This document shows positions 1 through 9,302 of a DNA stretch of 64,000 bases, piece after piece. Below the pieces are notes generated by a model, which was not told the DNA's origin, did not search any database, and worked only from the letters and a program-made list of their open reading frames with translations. The number at the start of each line of letters is the position of its first letter. Positions within the stretch are counted from its first letter, which is position 1. The DNA is from Sphingomicrobium sp. (lineage in GTDB: Bacteria > Pseudomonadota > Alphaproteobacteria > Sphingomonadales > Sphingomonadaceae): assembly GCA_035606455.1 (NCBI GenBank), contig DATNFJ010000011.1:2034-66033 (forward strand), written 5' to 3'. The position numbers were made by a program, and so were the translations under genes.

Positions 1-1323
1 GAGCGCGCGCTGCCATGGCTGACGGCAACGGGCGGCAACGGCGACCTGACCTTCCTTTCGCCGCTCGTGACCGCGTGGGACGCGGCCGAGCATGGGGACC
101 AGGCGCGCGCGCTTGCCAGTCTCGACCAGATTCCGGCGAACAGCCTGCTCGCGCCGCTCCATGACGAGGAGCAGGCGTTTATCCTCCTGAAGTTCCGCCG
201 CACCGCCGATGCCGACCCGTTCGCGCGCCGGGCAATCGCCGCGGCGGGCCCGCGCGAAGACCGGGTCCGGCTTGCCCTCGCCGACGGATTTCTCGCCGCG
301 GGCGACCGGACGCGGGCGCTTGCGATGATCGACGGGATGGGCAGCGGTTCGCCCGCGGCCCGCCAGCAGATCGTCTCCGGCAAGAGAATCGGCCAGGCGA
401 TCGACTCGGGCGCCAAGGCGCTGAGCGCCGTCCTGACGGCTTTCGCCGCCGAGATCGCGCGGCTGCAACGCGCTCCCCCGCCGGTCGGACTGGTTCAGAT
501 CGCTCGCTACGCCGACCCGCAGAACACGAGCGCGACCGCGTTGCTCGGGCTACTGCTCCAGTCGAGCCGGCGCGGCGACGAAGCGCTGACCCTGTTGGCG
601 ACGGTGCCGCAGAGCGATCCGTTGATCTCGCAGGTCCGGGACGTGCAGGTGCGGATCCTCACCGACCAGAAGAAATTCGACCAGGCCTATGCGATCGCGG
701 CGACGGCGGCGAACGACCGGGCGGCAACGACGGCCGATTTCTCGCGGCTCGGCGACGTGCTCGAGGCGATGGACCGGCACGATGCCGCCGCCGACGCATT
801 CGGGCGCGCTTTCGCCCTGGCCGGGGCGCAAGCCGACAAGAGCGAGCTGTCGTCCCTCCTGCTGCTTCAGGCGAACGCGCTCGAGGAAGCGAACCGCTGG
901 CCCGACGCCAAGGCTGCGCTGCAGAAGGCACTTGTGCTTGCTCCTGACCAGCCGCTGCTGCTCAACTTCCTCGGCTACGCGATGCTCGAGCGCGGCGAGA
1001 ACATGGACGCGGCGGAAGCGATGATCCGCAAGGCGAGCCAACTCGCGCCAGACGATGCCTCGATCACCGATTCGCTCGGCTGGGCGCAGTTCAAGCGCGG
1101 CAAGGTCGACGAGGCGATCAATACGCTCGAGCAAGCCGCCGAGAAGGACCCGACGCAGGCGGAAATCCAGGAGCATCTCGGCGACGCGCTTTATACGTCG
1201 GGACGGCGGTTCGAGGCGCGCTTTGCATGGCACGCGGCGCTGGTCACCGCGGAAGACAAGGTCGCGGACCGGGTGAAGGCGAAGATCGCGTCCGGACTCA
1301 ACCCGGCTGACGCGGCGCCTTGA
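1..1323 (+). CDS. Tetratricopeptide-repeat protein (5' end probably outside window)
   Basis: C-terminal TPR motifs (LLLNFLGYAML, DASITDSLGWAQFKRG, EIQEHLGDALY); usual neighbour upstream of ispE. Confidence 0.85.
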   Translation, partial: ERALPWLTATGGNGDLTFLSPLVTAWDAAEHGDQARALASLDQIPANSLLAPLHDEEQAFILLKFRRTADADPFARRAIAAAGPREDRVRLALADGFLAAGDRTRALAMIDGMGSGSPAARQQIVSGKRIGQAIDSGAKALSAVLTAFAAEIARLQRAPPPVGLVQIARYADPQNTSATALLGLLLQSSRRGDEALTLLATVPQSDPLISQVRDVQVRILTDQKKFDQAYAIAATAANDRAATTADFSRLGDVLEAMDRHDAAADAFGRAFALAGAQADKSELSSLLLLQANALEEANRWPDAKAALQKALVLAPDQPLLLNFLGYAMLERGENMDAAEAMIRKASQLAPDDASITDSLGWAQFKRGKVDEAINTLEQAAEKDPTQAEIQEHLGDALYTSGRRFEARFAWHAALVTAEDKVADRVKAKIASGLNPADAAP

Positions 1324-2129
1324 CCGGGGCGCATGAGATTGCGCCGGCGAAGCTCAATCTCGCACTCCATGTGAGAGGTCGCCTGACCGACGGGCGGCAC
1401 TCAATCGAGACGATCTTCGCTTTCTGCACCGACGGCGACCGCCTGAGCGGTGAGAAAGCGGACGAATTGTCGCTGGAGGTGTCGGGCCCGTTCGCCGCCG
1501 ATCTTGTGGGAGAAGGCAATAATCTCGTGCTCATGGCGGCTCGCGCGCTGGCCGAGGCGGCGGGCGTGGGCGGCGGCGCGGCGCTTGTCCTGGAGAAACG
1601 CCTGCCGGTGGCGTCTGGCATCGGTGGCGGATCGGCCGACGCGGCGGCGGCGCTACGGCTGTTGACGTCATTGTGGCGCATCGACCCGCGATTTGCCGAA
1701 GAGGTCGCGCCGAGAATTGGGAGCGATGTGCCTGTCTGCCTGCTCGGCCTGCCGGCGCGTGGCAGCGGGGCAGGGGACCAGCTGACGCCGATCGCGCTTC
1801 CGGAGCTGTCGGGCACGCCGGTGCTGCTGGTGAACCCGCGCGTGCCGCTGTCGACGGCGCAAGTGTTCGCCGCCTGGGATGGCGAGGACCGCGGCCCTCT
1901 CGACGATTGGCGCGACGGCCGCAACGATCTCGAGCGGGCGGCGACCGCGATCGTCCCGCAAATCGAGACGGTGCTCGCGTGGCTCGAGGGCCAGAGGGGC
2001 GCCTGGTTCGCCCGCATGTCGGGCTCGGGCGCGACTTGCTTCGCCCTGTTCGGGACCGACGACGAGCGGGACTCGGCCGCCGACGCGGTGCCGCGCGAAT
2101 GGTGGCGTCTCGCGACCTTCCTGCGCTAG
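1320..2129 (+). CDS. ispE: 4-diphosphocytidyl-2-C-methyl-D-erythritol kinase
   Basis: APAKLNLALHV, KRLPVASGIGGGSADAA (GHMP kinase) and RMSGSGATCF motifs. Confidence 0.97.
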   Translation: MTGAHEIAPAKLNLALHVRGRLTDGRHSIETIFAFCTDGDRLSGEKADELSLEVSGPFAADLVGEGNNLVLMAARALAEAAGVGGGAALVLEKRLPVASGIGGGSADAAAALRLLTSLWRIDPRFAEEVAPRIGSDVPVCLLGLPARGSGAGDQLTPIALPELSGTPVLLVNPRVPLSTAQVFAAWDGEDRGPLDDWRDGRNDLERAATAIVPQIETVLAWLEGQRGAWFARMSGSGATCFALFGTDDERDSAADAVPREWWRLATFLR

Positions 2130-2140
2130 ACGCGCGGGCG

Positions 2141-3502
2141 ATGAGCGGGCGCCCGATCCTCACCGCGACACGCATGCTCGCAGCCGAGCAGGCGGCGATC
2201 GACGGCGGCACGAGCGTCGAGCAGCTGATGGAGCGGGCAGGGGCGGCGCTCGCCGAAGCGGTTTATCGCTTCGCTGGGCCGACCCCGGCGCTGGTCCTGT
2301 GCGGACCGGGGAACAATGGCGGCGACGGTTATGTCGCAGCGCGCCATCTCGCCGGGCGCGGCGTGAAGGTCCGCGTGGCTGCACTCGCCGAGCCGAGAAG
2401 CGAGGCGGCGAAATGGGCGCGATCGCAGTGGAAGGGCGAGGTCGAGCCGCTGACCGCCGAGACCGCGCCGGCGCCATTGCTGATCGACGCGCTATTCGGA
2501 ACCGGCCTCAAGCGCGGGCTCGAACCTGCTGTGGTCGAAGCGCTTTCGCTGCTGTCCAATTCGGCGATGGTGAGGATAGCCTGCGACCTCCCGAGCGGAG
2601 TCGAGACCGACAGTGGCTCCGAGCTGAGCGCGGTTCCAGCGTTCGACATGACGGTGACGTTCGGCGCACTGAAACCGGCGCACCGGCTCTATCCGGCGAT
2701 GCACAAGTGCGGCCGCGTGGTGCTGGGCGATATCGGCATCGCGGCTGACGCGGCATGGCACGAGATCGCGTCGCCCGAGCTCCCGCCGCTCGATCCCGGC
2801 GGCCACAAATATGATCGCGGACTCGTGCATGCGCTGGCCGGGCAGATGCCGGGCGCAATCGCGCTGTCTGCAACGGCGGCGGCAAGAGCCGGCGCCGGCT
2901 ATGTGCGCGTCAGCACGTCGAGAAACATCGACGATCTGCCTTCGGCGATAGTCCAGGTCGACACTGCGGAGGTCAATGACGAGCGCATCGGCTGCCTGAT
3001 CGTCGGCCCGGGCATGGGCGACATCCCGCAGGTGCTGACTCTGGCGCTGACCTCAAGGGCTCCGAAAGTCATCGACGCCGACGCCATCTCGCATCTCGGC
3101 GAACCCGATCGGCTCAAGGGCCAGGACGCGATCGTCACGCCGCACGACGGCGAATTCCGGCGGCTGTTCGGCGAGATCGACGGCACCAAGCCCGAGCGGG
3201 CGCTCGAGGCGGCGAAGCGGTCGGGCGCGGTCGTCGTCTACAAGGGGCCGGACACGGTCGTCGCCTCTCCGGACGGCCGGGTCGGCTTCCGTTCGCCGGC
3301 TCCGGCGTGGCTCGCAAGCGCGGGGACCGGCGACGTGCTCGCCGGAGTGGTCGCGGCGATGCGCGCGCGCGGACTTCCGGCATTCGAAGCGGCCTGCGCG
3401 GGCGTCTGGCTGCAGGGCGAAGCGGCGGAGATCGCGGGCCCGCACATGATCGCCGACGACCTCGCGAAAGCCGTCGGCGCCGCGCTCTCGGCACTCGGCT
3501 AG
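2141..3502 (+). CDS. nnr: Bifunctional NAD(P)H-hydrate epimerase/dehydratase
   Basis: LMERAG, GPGNNGGDG, DALFGTG (YjeF-N); VIDADA, LASAGTGDVLAG (YjeF-C); ATG at 2141. Confidence 0.95.
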   Translation: MSGRPILTATRMLAAEQAAIDGGTSVEQLMERAGAALAEAVYRFAGPTPALVLCGPGNNGGDGYVAARHLAGRGVKVRVAALAEPRSEAAKWARSQWKGEVEPLTAETAPAPLLIDALFGTGLKRGLEPAVVEALSLLSNSAMVRIACDLPSGVETDSGSELSAVPAFDMTVTFGALKPAHRLYPAMHKCGRVVLGDIGIAADAAWHEIASPELPPLDPGGHKYDRGLVHALAGQMPGAIALSATAAARAGAGYVRVSTSRNIDDLPSAIVQVDTAEVNDERIGCLIVGPGMGDIPQVLTLALTSRAPKVIDADAISHLGEPDRLKGQDAIVTPHDGEFRRLFGEIDGTKPERALEAAKRSGAVVVYKGPDTVVASPDGRVGFRSPAPAWLASAGTGDVLAGVVAAMRARGLPAFEAACAGVWLQGEAAEIAGPHMIADDLAKAVGAALSALG

Positions 3503-3564
3503 GCGCTTGCCCTTGGCGGCATGCGCCGCCATGCTGTCAACTTCAGACACGGAGGGGTGTTCGG

Positions 3565-5622
3565 ATGAATCGCAGCTTGTTGGCGCCGCTTCTGGCGGGC
3601 GCGGTGATGGTGCCGTCCTCGGCGCTGGCGGACGAGGGCATGTGGACCTTCGACAATTTCCCGATCGCGGCGGTCAACGCCAAATACGGCACCCACATCG
3701 ACCAGGCGTGGCTCGACCATGTCCGCGGAGCATCGGCGCGCCTTTCGACCGGATGTTCCTCTTCGGTCGTCACCGCCACGGGGCTGCTTCTGACGAACAA
3801 CCACTGCGTCGCGGGCTGCACGCAGGACCTGTCGACCAAGGCCCACGATTATTACACGCACGGCTATATCGCCCATGGGCGGGTGGAAGAGCGCAAGTGC
3901 GCGGGCATGCAGGCGGAAATCCTCGCCGCGATCAGCGACGTCACGCCGCAGATGCAGGCCGCCGGCCGCGGCCTTACGGGCGAGGCGCTGGTCAAGGCGC
4001 GTACGGCCGCCGAAGCGACGATCGAGAAGCAGGGATGCGGCGACGACCCGAAGTTCCGCTGCCAGGTCGTCGACCTGTATCACGGAGGCCAGTTCAAGCT
4101 CTACAAATACCGCAAATATTCGGACGTTCGGCTGGTCTTCTCGCCCGGCGTGCAGACGGCTTTTTTCGGCGGCGATCCCGATAACTTCAATTTCCCGCGC
4201 TACGATCTCGATAGCGCCTTCGTACGCCTGTACGAGAATGGCGCGCCGGTCGCGACGCCGGATCATCTGAAGTGGAACGCGAGCGCGCCGACGGCCGGCG
4301 AGCCGGTGTTCGTTTCGGGCAATCCCGGAGGCACCGACCGGCAGCTTACCGTGCCGCAGCTCGAAACCCAGCGCGACCTGCAGATCCCGATGACCCTGGT
4401 CCAGTTCTCCGAATTGCGCGGGCGGCTGATCCGCTTCAGCGAGGAATCGGCGGAGAACAAGCGAATCGCGCAGGACCTGCTGTTCGGGCTCGAGAATTCG
4501 TACAAGGTCTATTTCGGCCGGCTGTTCGCGCTCAACGGCGGCGACCTGCTCGCCCAGAAGCAGGCGGAGGAAACGGCGCTCAGGGCGAAGGTGGCGCAGC
4601 TCAACCTCGGCCCCGATTTCGGCGATCCGTGGGCGACGATCGCCAACGCGCAGAAAGACCTCGCCGCGCTCTATCTCCCGTATCGACTGGTCGAGGGCGG
4701 GCCCGGGGGATCGGACCTGTTCCGTTACGCCCGCAGCCTGGTCCGCGCGGCCGCGGAGCGGCAGAAGCCGTCGGCCGAGCGGCTTCCGGGCTATTCCGAC
4801 ACGCAGCTTCCGCTGCTTCAGAAGCAGGTGCTGGACGTGGTGCCGGTCTATCCGTCGCTCGAACAGCAGGTGCTCGAATTCTGGCTGTCCAAGTCGCGGG
4901 AATATCTGACCGCGGACAACCCCTACACGCACCTTCTCCTGGGCCGCGATAGCCCCGAGGACCTGTCGGCCAAGCTCGCCCAGTCGAAGCTCGGCGACGC
5001 CGCGGTCCGCAAGCAATTGTGGGACGGCGGATGGGCAGCGATCCAGGCGTCGAAGGATCCGATGATCCAGTACGTGCTGCGGATCGACCCCGAGGCACGC
5101 AAGCTCAGGACCGAGTGGAACAACCGTGTCGACGGCCCGATCAGCGCCGCTTCGGAGAAGATCGCGAAGGCCCGCTTCGCGGCCTACGGCGACACCATCT
5201 ATCCCGACGCGACCTTCACGCTGCGCCTGTCCTACGGAAAAATCGAGGGCTGGACGCACAATGGCACGACCGTTCCGCCCTTCACCTACTTCAAGGGACT
5301 GTACGAGCGGGCGACGGGCAAGCCGCCGTTCGAGCTCGACCCGCGCTGGGTCGCGGCGAAGGGCAGCCTCAACCCCGACACGGTGTTCGACATTTCGAGC
5401 AGCAACGACATCATCGGCGGCAATTCGGGTTCGCCGCTGATCAACGCGAAGGGCGAGGTCATTGGGGCGATCTTCGACGGAAACATCTACAGCCTGGGCG
5501 GCGACTATGGCTACGATCCGGTGCTGAACCGCGCTGTCTCGGTGTCGACCGCGGCGGTCAGCGAGGCGCTGCGCAAAGTCTATCACGCCGATGCGCTCGC
5601 CGACGAGCTTGCGGGGAGCTGA
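3565..5622 (+). CDS. S46 family dipeptidyl peptidase, secreted
   Basis: Signal peptide then DEGMW; TNNHC; GGDPDNFNFPR; DIIGGNSGSP catalytic Ser motif; GGAGGGG RBS before ATG 3565. Confidence 0.93.
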   Translation: MNRSLLAPLLAGAVMVPSSALADEGMWTFDNFPIAAVNAKYGTHIDQAWLDHVRGASARLSTGCSSSVVTATGLLLTNNHCVAGCTQDLSTKAHDYYTHGYIAHGRVEERKCAGMQAEILAAISDVTPQMQAAGRGLTGEALVKARTAAEATIEKQGCGDDPKFRCQVVDLYHGGQFKLYKYRKYSDVRLVFSPGVQTAFFGGDPDNFNFPRYDLDSAFVRLYENGAPVATPDHLKWNASAPTAGEPVFVSGNPGGTDRQLTVPQLETQRDLQIPMTLVQFSELRGRLIRFSEESAENKRIAQDLLFGLENSYKVYFGRLFALNGGDLLAQKQAEETALRAKVAQLNLGPDFGDPWATIANAQKDLAALYLPYRLVEGGPGGSDLFRYARSLVRAAAERQKPSAERLPGYSDTQLPLLQKQVLDVVPVYPSLEQQVLEFWLSKSREYLTADNPYTHLLLGRDSPEDLSAKLAQSKLGDAAVRKQLWDGGWAAIQASKDPMIQYVLRIDPEARKLRTEWNNRVDGPISAASEKIAKARFAAYGDTIYPDATFTLRLSYGKIEGWTHNGTTVPPFTYFKGLYERATGKPPFELDPRWVAAKGSLNPDTVFDISSSNDIIGGNSGSPLINAKGEVIGAIFDGNIYSLGGDYGYDPVLNRAVSVSTAAVSEALRKVYHADALADELAGS

Positions 5623-5649
5623 GCGGTATCGGAATCGCCTCCAGCGCAT

Positions 5650-6843
5650 GAGCTGATCATCCGGATTGCCGCGCGCGGCGACGGCGTGACGTCAAGCGGC
5701 CGCCACGTGCCGTTCGGAGTTCCCGGCGACGTCCTGCTCGACGACGGGGCGCTCGCGCCGGGTCCTCACCATCAGGAGCCGCCTTGCCGTCATTTCCCGG
5801 AATGCGGCGGGTGCCAGCTCCAGCACGCCGACGACGAGGCCTATCGCGGCTATCTGGTGTCGCGCGTCGAGACCGCGCTCGCGCAGCACGGGATCGAGAC
5901 GGACGTTCGCGAGCCGCACTTGTCGCCACCCTGCTCGCGACGGCGGGCGAGCTTGCGCTCCTTCAAGGTCGGCAAGCCGGTCCTTGTGGGCTTCAACGCC
6001 GAAAAGTCGCACCGGATTGTCGACATGCACGAGTGCCACGTGCTTCGGCCCGAGCTTTTCGCGCTCGTCGGGCCGCTGCGATCGCTATTTGGTCAATTGC
6101 TGCAGCCGAAGCGCTCCGCCGAGGTGCAGCTGACGCTTATCGACGGTGGTGTGGACCTGCTCCTCAAGGGCGTGGAGGCGGAAGGGCTCGCGGCAATGGA
6201 AGCGCTGACGTCATTCGCGTCCGAGCACCGGCTCGCGCGGCTGAGCCTCGACCGCGGCCTGGGACCGGAGACGATCTACGAGCCCGAGCCGGCGACGGCG
6301 ACCCTGTCCGGGACGGCCGTCGCCTTCCCCGTCGGCGGATTTCTCCAGGCGACCGAGGATGGCGAGGCGGCGCTGATCGCTTGCGTCCGCGAGGCGACGG
6401 ATGGCGCCAACTCGATTGCCGACCTGTTCGCCGGCCTCGGCACCTTCGCGCTGGCCACGCATGCGACCTTTGCCGCCGAAGCTTCGCGCGATGCAGCAGC
6501 GGCGCTCAAGCGTGCCGCGCCTTCACTGACCGTCGAGCATCGCGATCTTTACCGGCGCCCACTCGACGCGGCGGAGCTGAAGCCCTTCGACGCTGTGATC
6601 CTCGATCCGCCGCGCGCCGGCGCCGAGGAGCAGGTGAAGGCGCTCGCCGGGTCAACCGCTCGAGGGGTCGCTTATGTGAGCTGCAATCCGGCAACCTTCG
6701 CGCGTGACGCCAGGATGCTTGCCGACGGCGGCTATTCGCTCGACTGGGTTCGGCCGGTTGGCCAGTTCCGCTGGTCGACCCATGTCGAGCTCGCCGCCTG
6801 CTTCACCCGTGGTGGTAGAGGAAAATCGCCGCGTGGATCGTGA
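5650..6843 (+). CDS. RlmD/TrmA-family RNA m5U methyltransferase (start ambiguous)
   Basis: CRHFPECGGC Fe-S motif, DLFAGLG, LDPPRAG, YVSCNPATFARD, QFRWSTHVE; in-frame ELIIRIAARGDG lies upstream of the first GTG (5686). Confidence 0.9.
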   Translation, partial: ELIIRIAARGDGVTSSGRHVPFGVPGDVLLDDGALAPGPHHQEPPCRHFPECGGCQLQHADDEAYRGYLVSRVETALAQHGIETDVREPHLSPPCSRRRASLRSFKVGKPVLVGFNAEKSHRIVDMHECHVLRPELFALVGPLRSLFGQLLQPKRSAEVQLTLIDGGVDLLLKGVEAEGLAAMEALTSFASEHRLARLSLDRGLGPETIYEPEPATATLSGTAVAFPVGGFLQATEDGEAALIACVREATDGANSIADLFAGLGTFALATHATFAAEASRDAAAALKRAAPSLTVEHRDLYRRPLDAAELKPFDAVILDPPRAGAEEQVKALAGSTARGVAYVSCNPATFARDARMLADGGYSLDWVRPVGQFRWSTHVELAACFTRGGRGKSPRGS

Positions 6844-7228
6844 GCGCGACCAGGCAGAGCGTGCTCAGGAGGAAGAACAGGAAGCGTACCGGCACGATGT
6901 TGATTGTCGCCTGCCAGATGCTGTGGAGGATCCGAAAACCCACATAGCCCCACGCGAGATAGACGTTGATCGGTGCGTCGAAGCCCATGAGGATCAGCGC
7001 GAAGACGATCGCGTAGAAGATCGTCGGCTGCTCCATCAGATGCTGATAATTATGCGCCGGCCAGTTTCGCCGCCCGGGCTCCTCGCGCTCGAGGTCGGCG
7101 CCGCGTGCCCCCTCCGGGATCTTGCGCCCCTTGAGTTGCGGCGCGCGTGCGATCGCGAGCCAGAAGAACATCACGATCGACCAGGCGACGAGCGCGACGA
7201 CCGGCGCAAGCAATGGACTTGGATGCAC
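6803..7228 (-). CDS. MAPEG family membrane protein
   Basis: HNYQHLMEQPTIFY and LAWGYVGFRILHS motifs; hydrophobic helices; GGAGGG RBS. Confidence 0.85.
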   Translation of the reverse strand: MHPSPLLAPVVALVAWSIVMFFWLAIARAPQLKGRKIPEGARGADLEREEPGRRNWPAHNYQHLMEQPTIFYAIVFALILMGFDAPINVYLAWGYVGFRILHSIWQATINIVPVRFLFFLLSTLCLVALTIHAAIFLYHHG

Positions 7229-7290
7229 GGCGGACCCTCCCGTTCTTGGCGTCCGCAGCGTGCGTCAGTTCGGCGCCATTGGCAATCGGA

Positions 7291-7656
7291 TCACTTGCTC
7301 CCGAGCACGAAGGTGTTCCCGTCAGGATCCTTGAAGATGGCGAATGTCCCCCAAGGCTGCTTTTGCGGCTCCTCCTCGAACTCGACTCCGCGGCTCTTCA
7401 GCTGGTTGTACGTGTAGTCGACGTCGTCGCATGCGAATGAGCCGTTGAAGAAGCTCCCGATCCGGTCTTCATGACCCTCGGGTGTGAACAGCACGACGCC
7501 AGTTTCGGCGCCGGGAATCGCCAGCTCGATCCATCTCTTGCCTTCGCCCATCGGCTGGTCGGTGACGATCCGAAACCCGATCTTGTCGGTCCAGAATGCG
7601 AGCGCACGGTCCTGGTCGGCGGTCGGGATGCCGACGAACTTCAGTTTCTTGATCAT
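7291..7656 (-). CDS. VOC/glyoxalase family protein
   Basis: DQDRALAFWTDKIGF...QPWGTFAIFKDPDGN; ATG 7656 with GAGGAG RBS. Confidence 0.9.
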   Translation of the reverse strand: MIKKLKFVGIPTADQDRALAFWTDKIGFRIVTDQPMGEGKRWIELAIPGAETGVVLFTPEGHEDRIGSFFNGSFACDDVDYTYNQLKSRGVEFEEEPQKQPWGTFAIFKDPDGNTFVLGSK

Positions 7657-7707
7657 GGCGGCTCCTCCTCCCCGAACAGCTATAGGCTCGGCCGCTCGCC
7701 GTGGAGT

Positions 7708-8028
7708 ATGGCAGCCAATGCTATGGCAACGGACGCAACTATCATCGTCGACCGCTATGTCGTCGACGTGCTGATGCGCGACCTCGTCGGTCACGACCGC
7801 TGCCCATCGGCGTTCGTCGTCTACGTCGCCATTCACGCGGCGGCCGCCGATGGAAGGGCGCTGTTCAGCTACCAGGCGATGGCTGACCTTACCGGCCTTT
7901 CCAAGCGGACCTGCCAGAACGCCGTTGCGTTGCTCCAGAGGCGCGGCCTGGTGGAGGTCAGCCGCAAGGGGGCGACCGACGCCGCCGAATATCTGCCGCT
8001 GCGCCCGTGGGACCGCGGCGGCGCATGA
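7708..8028 (+). CDS. Small winged helix-turn-helix protein (start 7708 or 7723)
   Basis: SYQAMADLTGLSKRTCQNAVALLQRRGLV HTH pattern; divergent from the VOC gene. Confidence 0.75.
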   Translation: MAANAMATDATIIVDRYVVDVLMRDLVGHDRCPSAFVVYVAIHAAAADGRALFSYQAMADLTGLSKRTCQNAVALLQRRGLVEVSRKGATDAAEYLPLRPWDRGGA

Positions 8029-9302
8029 CAAGAGCTGAGCGCAGGATTCCATTGACCGGCGCGCAGATCGCCTCGGTCGCGGCGGGCAACGCGCTCGAAT
8101 TCTACGACTTCATCACCTACAGCTTCTTCGCCGTGCAGATCGGGCGGGCGCTGTTTCCCGGCGACGCGGCGCATTCGCTGGTGCTGTCGCTGGCGACGTT
8201 CGGAATCGGGTTCATAAGCAGGCCCGTCGGCGGCCTGGTGATCGGACGGTGGGCCGACCGGCGCGGGCGCAAGCCGGCGATGATCCTGTCGTTCAGCCTG
8301 ATGGGAATCGCGCTGACCGGCCTGGCACTGACGCCATCCTATGCAGCGATCGGCATGGGCGCGCCGATCCTCGCCGTGCTGTTCCGCCTGCTTCAGGGAT
8401 TTGCGCTGGGCGGCGAGGTCGGCCCGAACGTCGCTTATTTGCTCGAAGCCGCGCCGCCGAACCGGCGGGGGCTCTACGTGTCGTTCAATTTCGCTACGGC
8501 CGACCTTGCGTCGCTTGCGGCGGGCCTGATCGGGTTCGGCCTGTCGTCGGTGCTTAGCAACGCACAGCTCGAATCCTGGGGCTGGAGGATCGCCTTTCTG
8601 ATCGGAGCGGCGATCGTGCCGTTCGGACTGAGGCTGCGCGGGACGCTGACCGAGACGCTTCCGCCCGAGGAGGCTGAAGCCGCGCCGAAGACGAGCATCC
8701 GCCCGTTCCTGCTGGTGGCCTTCGCGGGCATGCTGATCCTCGGCGCGGGGACGATCAGCAATTACACGCTCGATTATCTGACGACCTACGCCCAGGCGAC
8801 GCTGCACATGCCCGTGCCGGCGGCGTTCGGCGCGGCGGTCTTCATCGGGCTGATCAGCGTCGTTTGCGACCTCGGCGGTGGCTGGCTGTGCGACCGCTTC
8901 GGACCCAAGCGCGTGCTGGTCGTGCCGTGGGTCCTGCTCATGCTTCTCGCCGTACCGGTCTTCGGATTCCTGAATGCGACCCACACGGCCGAGGCGTTGC
9001 TCGGCGCGACCGTGGTGCTGACGACCCTGCACATCCTCGGCTCGACTCCGGCGCTGATCCTGTTCGTCCAGGCGCTTCCGCCGCGGATTCGGGCGGGCGC
9101 GATGGGCTTCGTCTACGCCTTCGCGATCGCGATCTTCGGCGGGACCACGCAGCTGGTCGAGAACGCCTTGATCAGATGGACCGGGAACCCGTCAGTCCCC
9201 GGTTGGTACATGGTCGGGGCGGTGATCGCCGGCCTGACCGGCGCAATGCTGATCCGTCAGCCGCCCGTCATCGATGGTAAAGCGCCATCGCATCCCGCCT
9301 GA
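8025..9302 (+). CDS. MFS transporter, metabolite:H+ symporter family
   Basis: GNALEFYDF, RPVGGLVIGRWADRRGRK, RLLQGFALGGE; many TM segments; ATGA overlap with HTH gene. Confidence 0.93.
   Translation: MTRAERRIPLTGAQIASVAAGNALEFYDFITYSFFAVQIGRALFPGDAAHSLVLSLATFGIGFISRPVGGLVIGRWADRRGRKPAMILSFSLMGIALTGLALTPSYAAIGMGAPILAVLFRLLQGFALGGEVGPNVAYLLEAAPPNRRGLYVSFNFATADLASLAAGLIGFGLSSVLSNAQLESWGWRIAFLIGAAIVPFGLRLRGTLTETLPPEEAEAAPKTSIRPFLLVAFAGMLILGAGTISNYTLDYLTTYAQATLHMPVPAAFGAAVFIGLISVVCDLGGGWLCDRFGPKRVLVVPWVLLMLLAVPVFGFLNATHTAEALLGATVVLTTLHILGSTPALILFVQALPPRIRAGAMGFVYAFAIAIFGGTTQLVENALIRWTGNPSVPGWYMVGAVIAGLTGAMLIRQPPVIDGKAPSHPA

Noticed and set aside
3499-5649. Long antisense and alternate-frame ORFs (e.g. 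3499-5649, 25114-27120, 27781-29499, 36130-37449)
   Set aside because: Shadow ORFs of GC-rich genes with no motifs, overlapping well-supported CDSs.
5620-5686. TGA read-through or selenocysteine fusion of S46 peptidase to the in-frame methyltransferase
   Set aside because: A secreted peptidase fused to a cytoplasmic RNA enzyme is implausible, and I saw no convincing SECIS.
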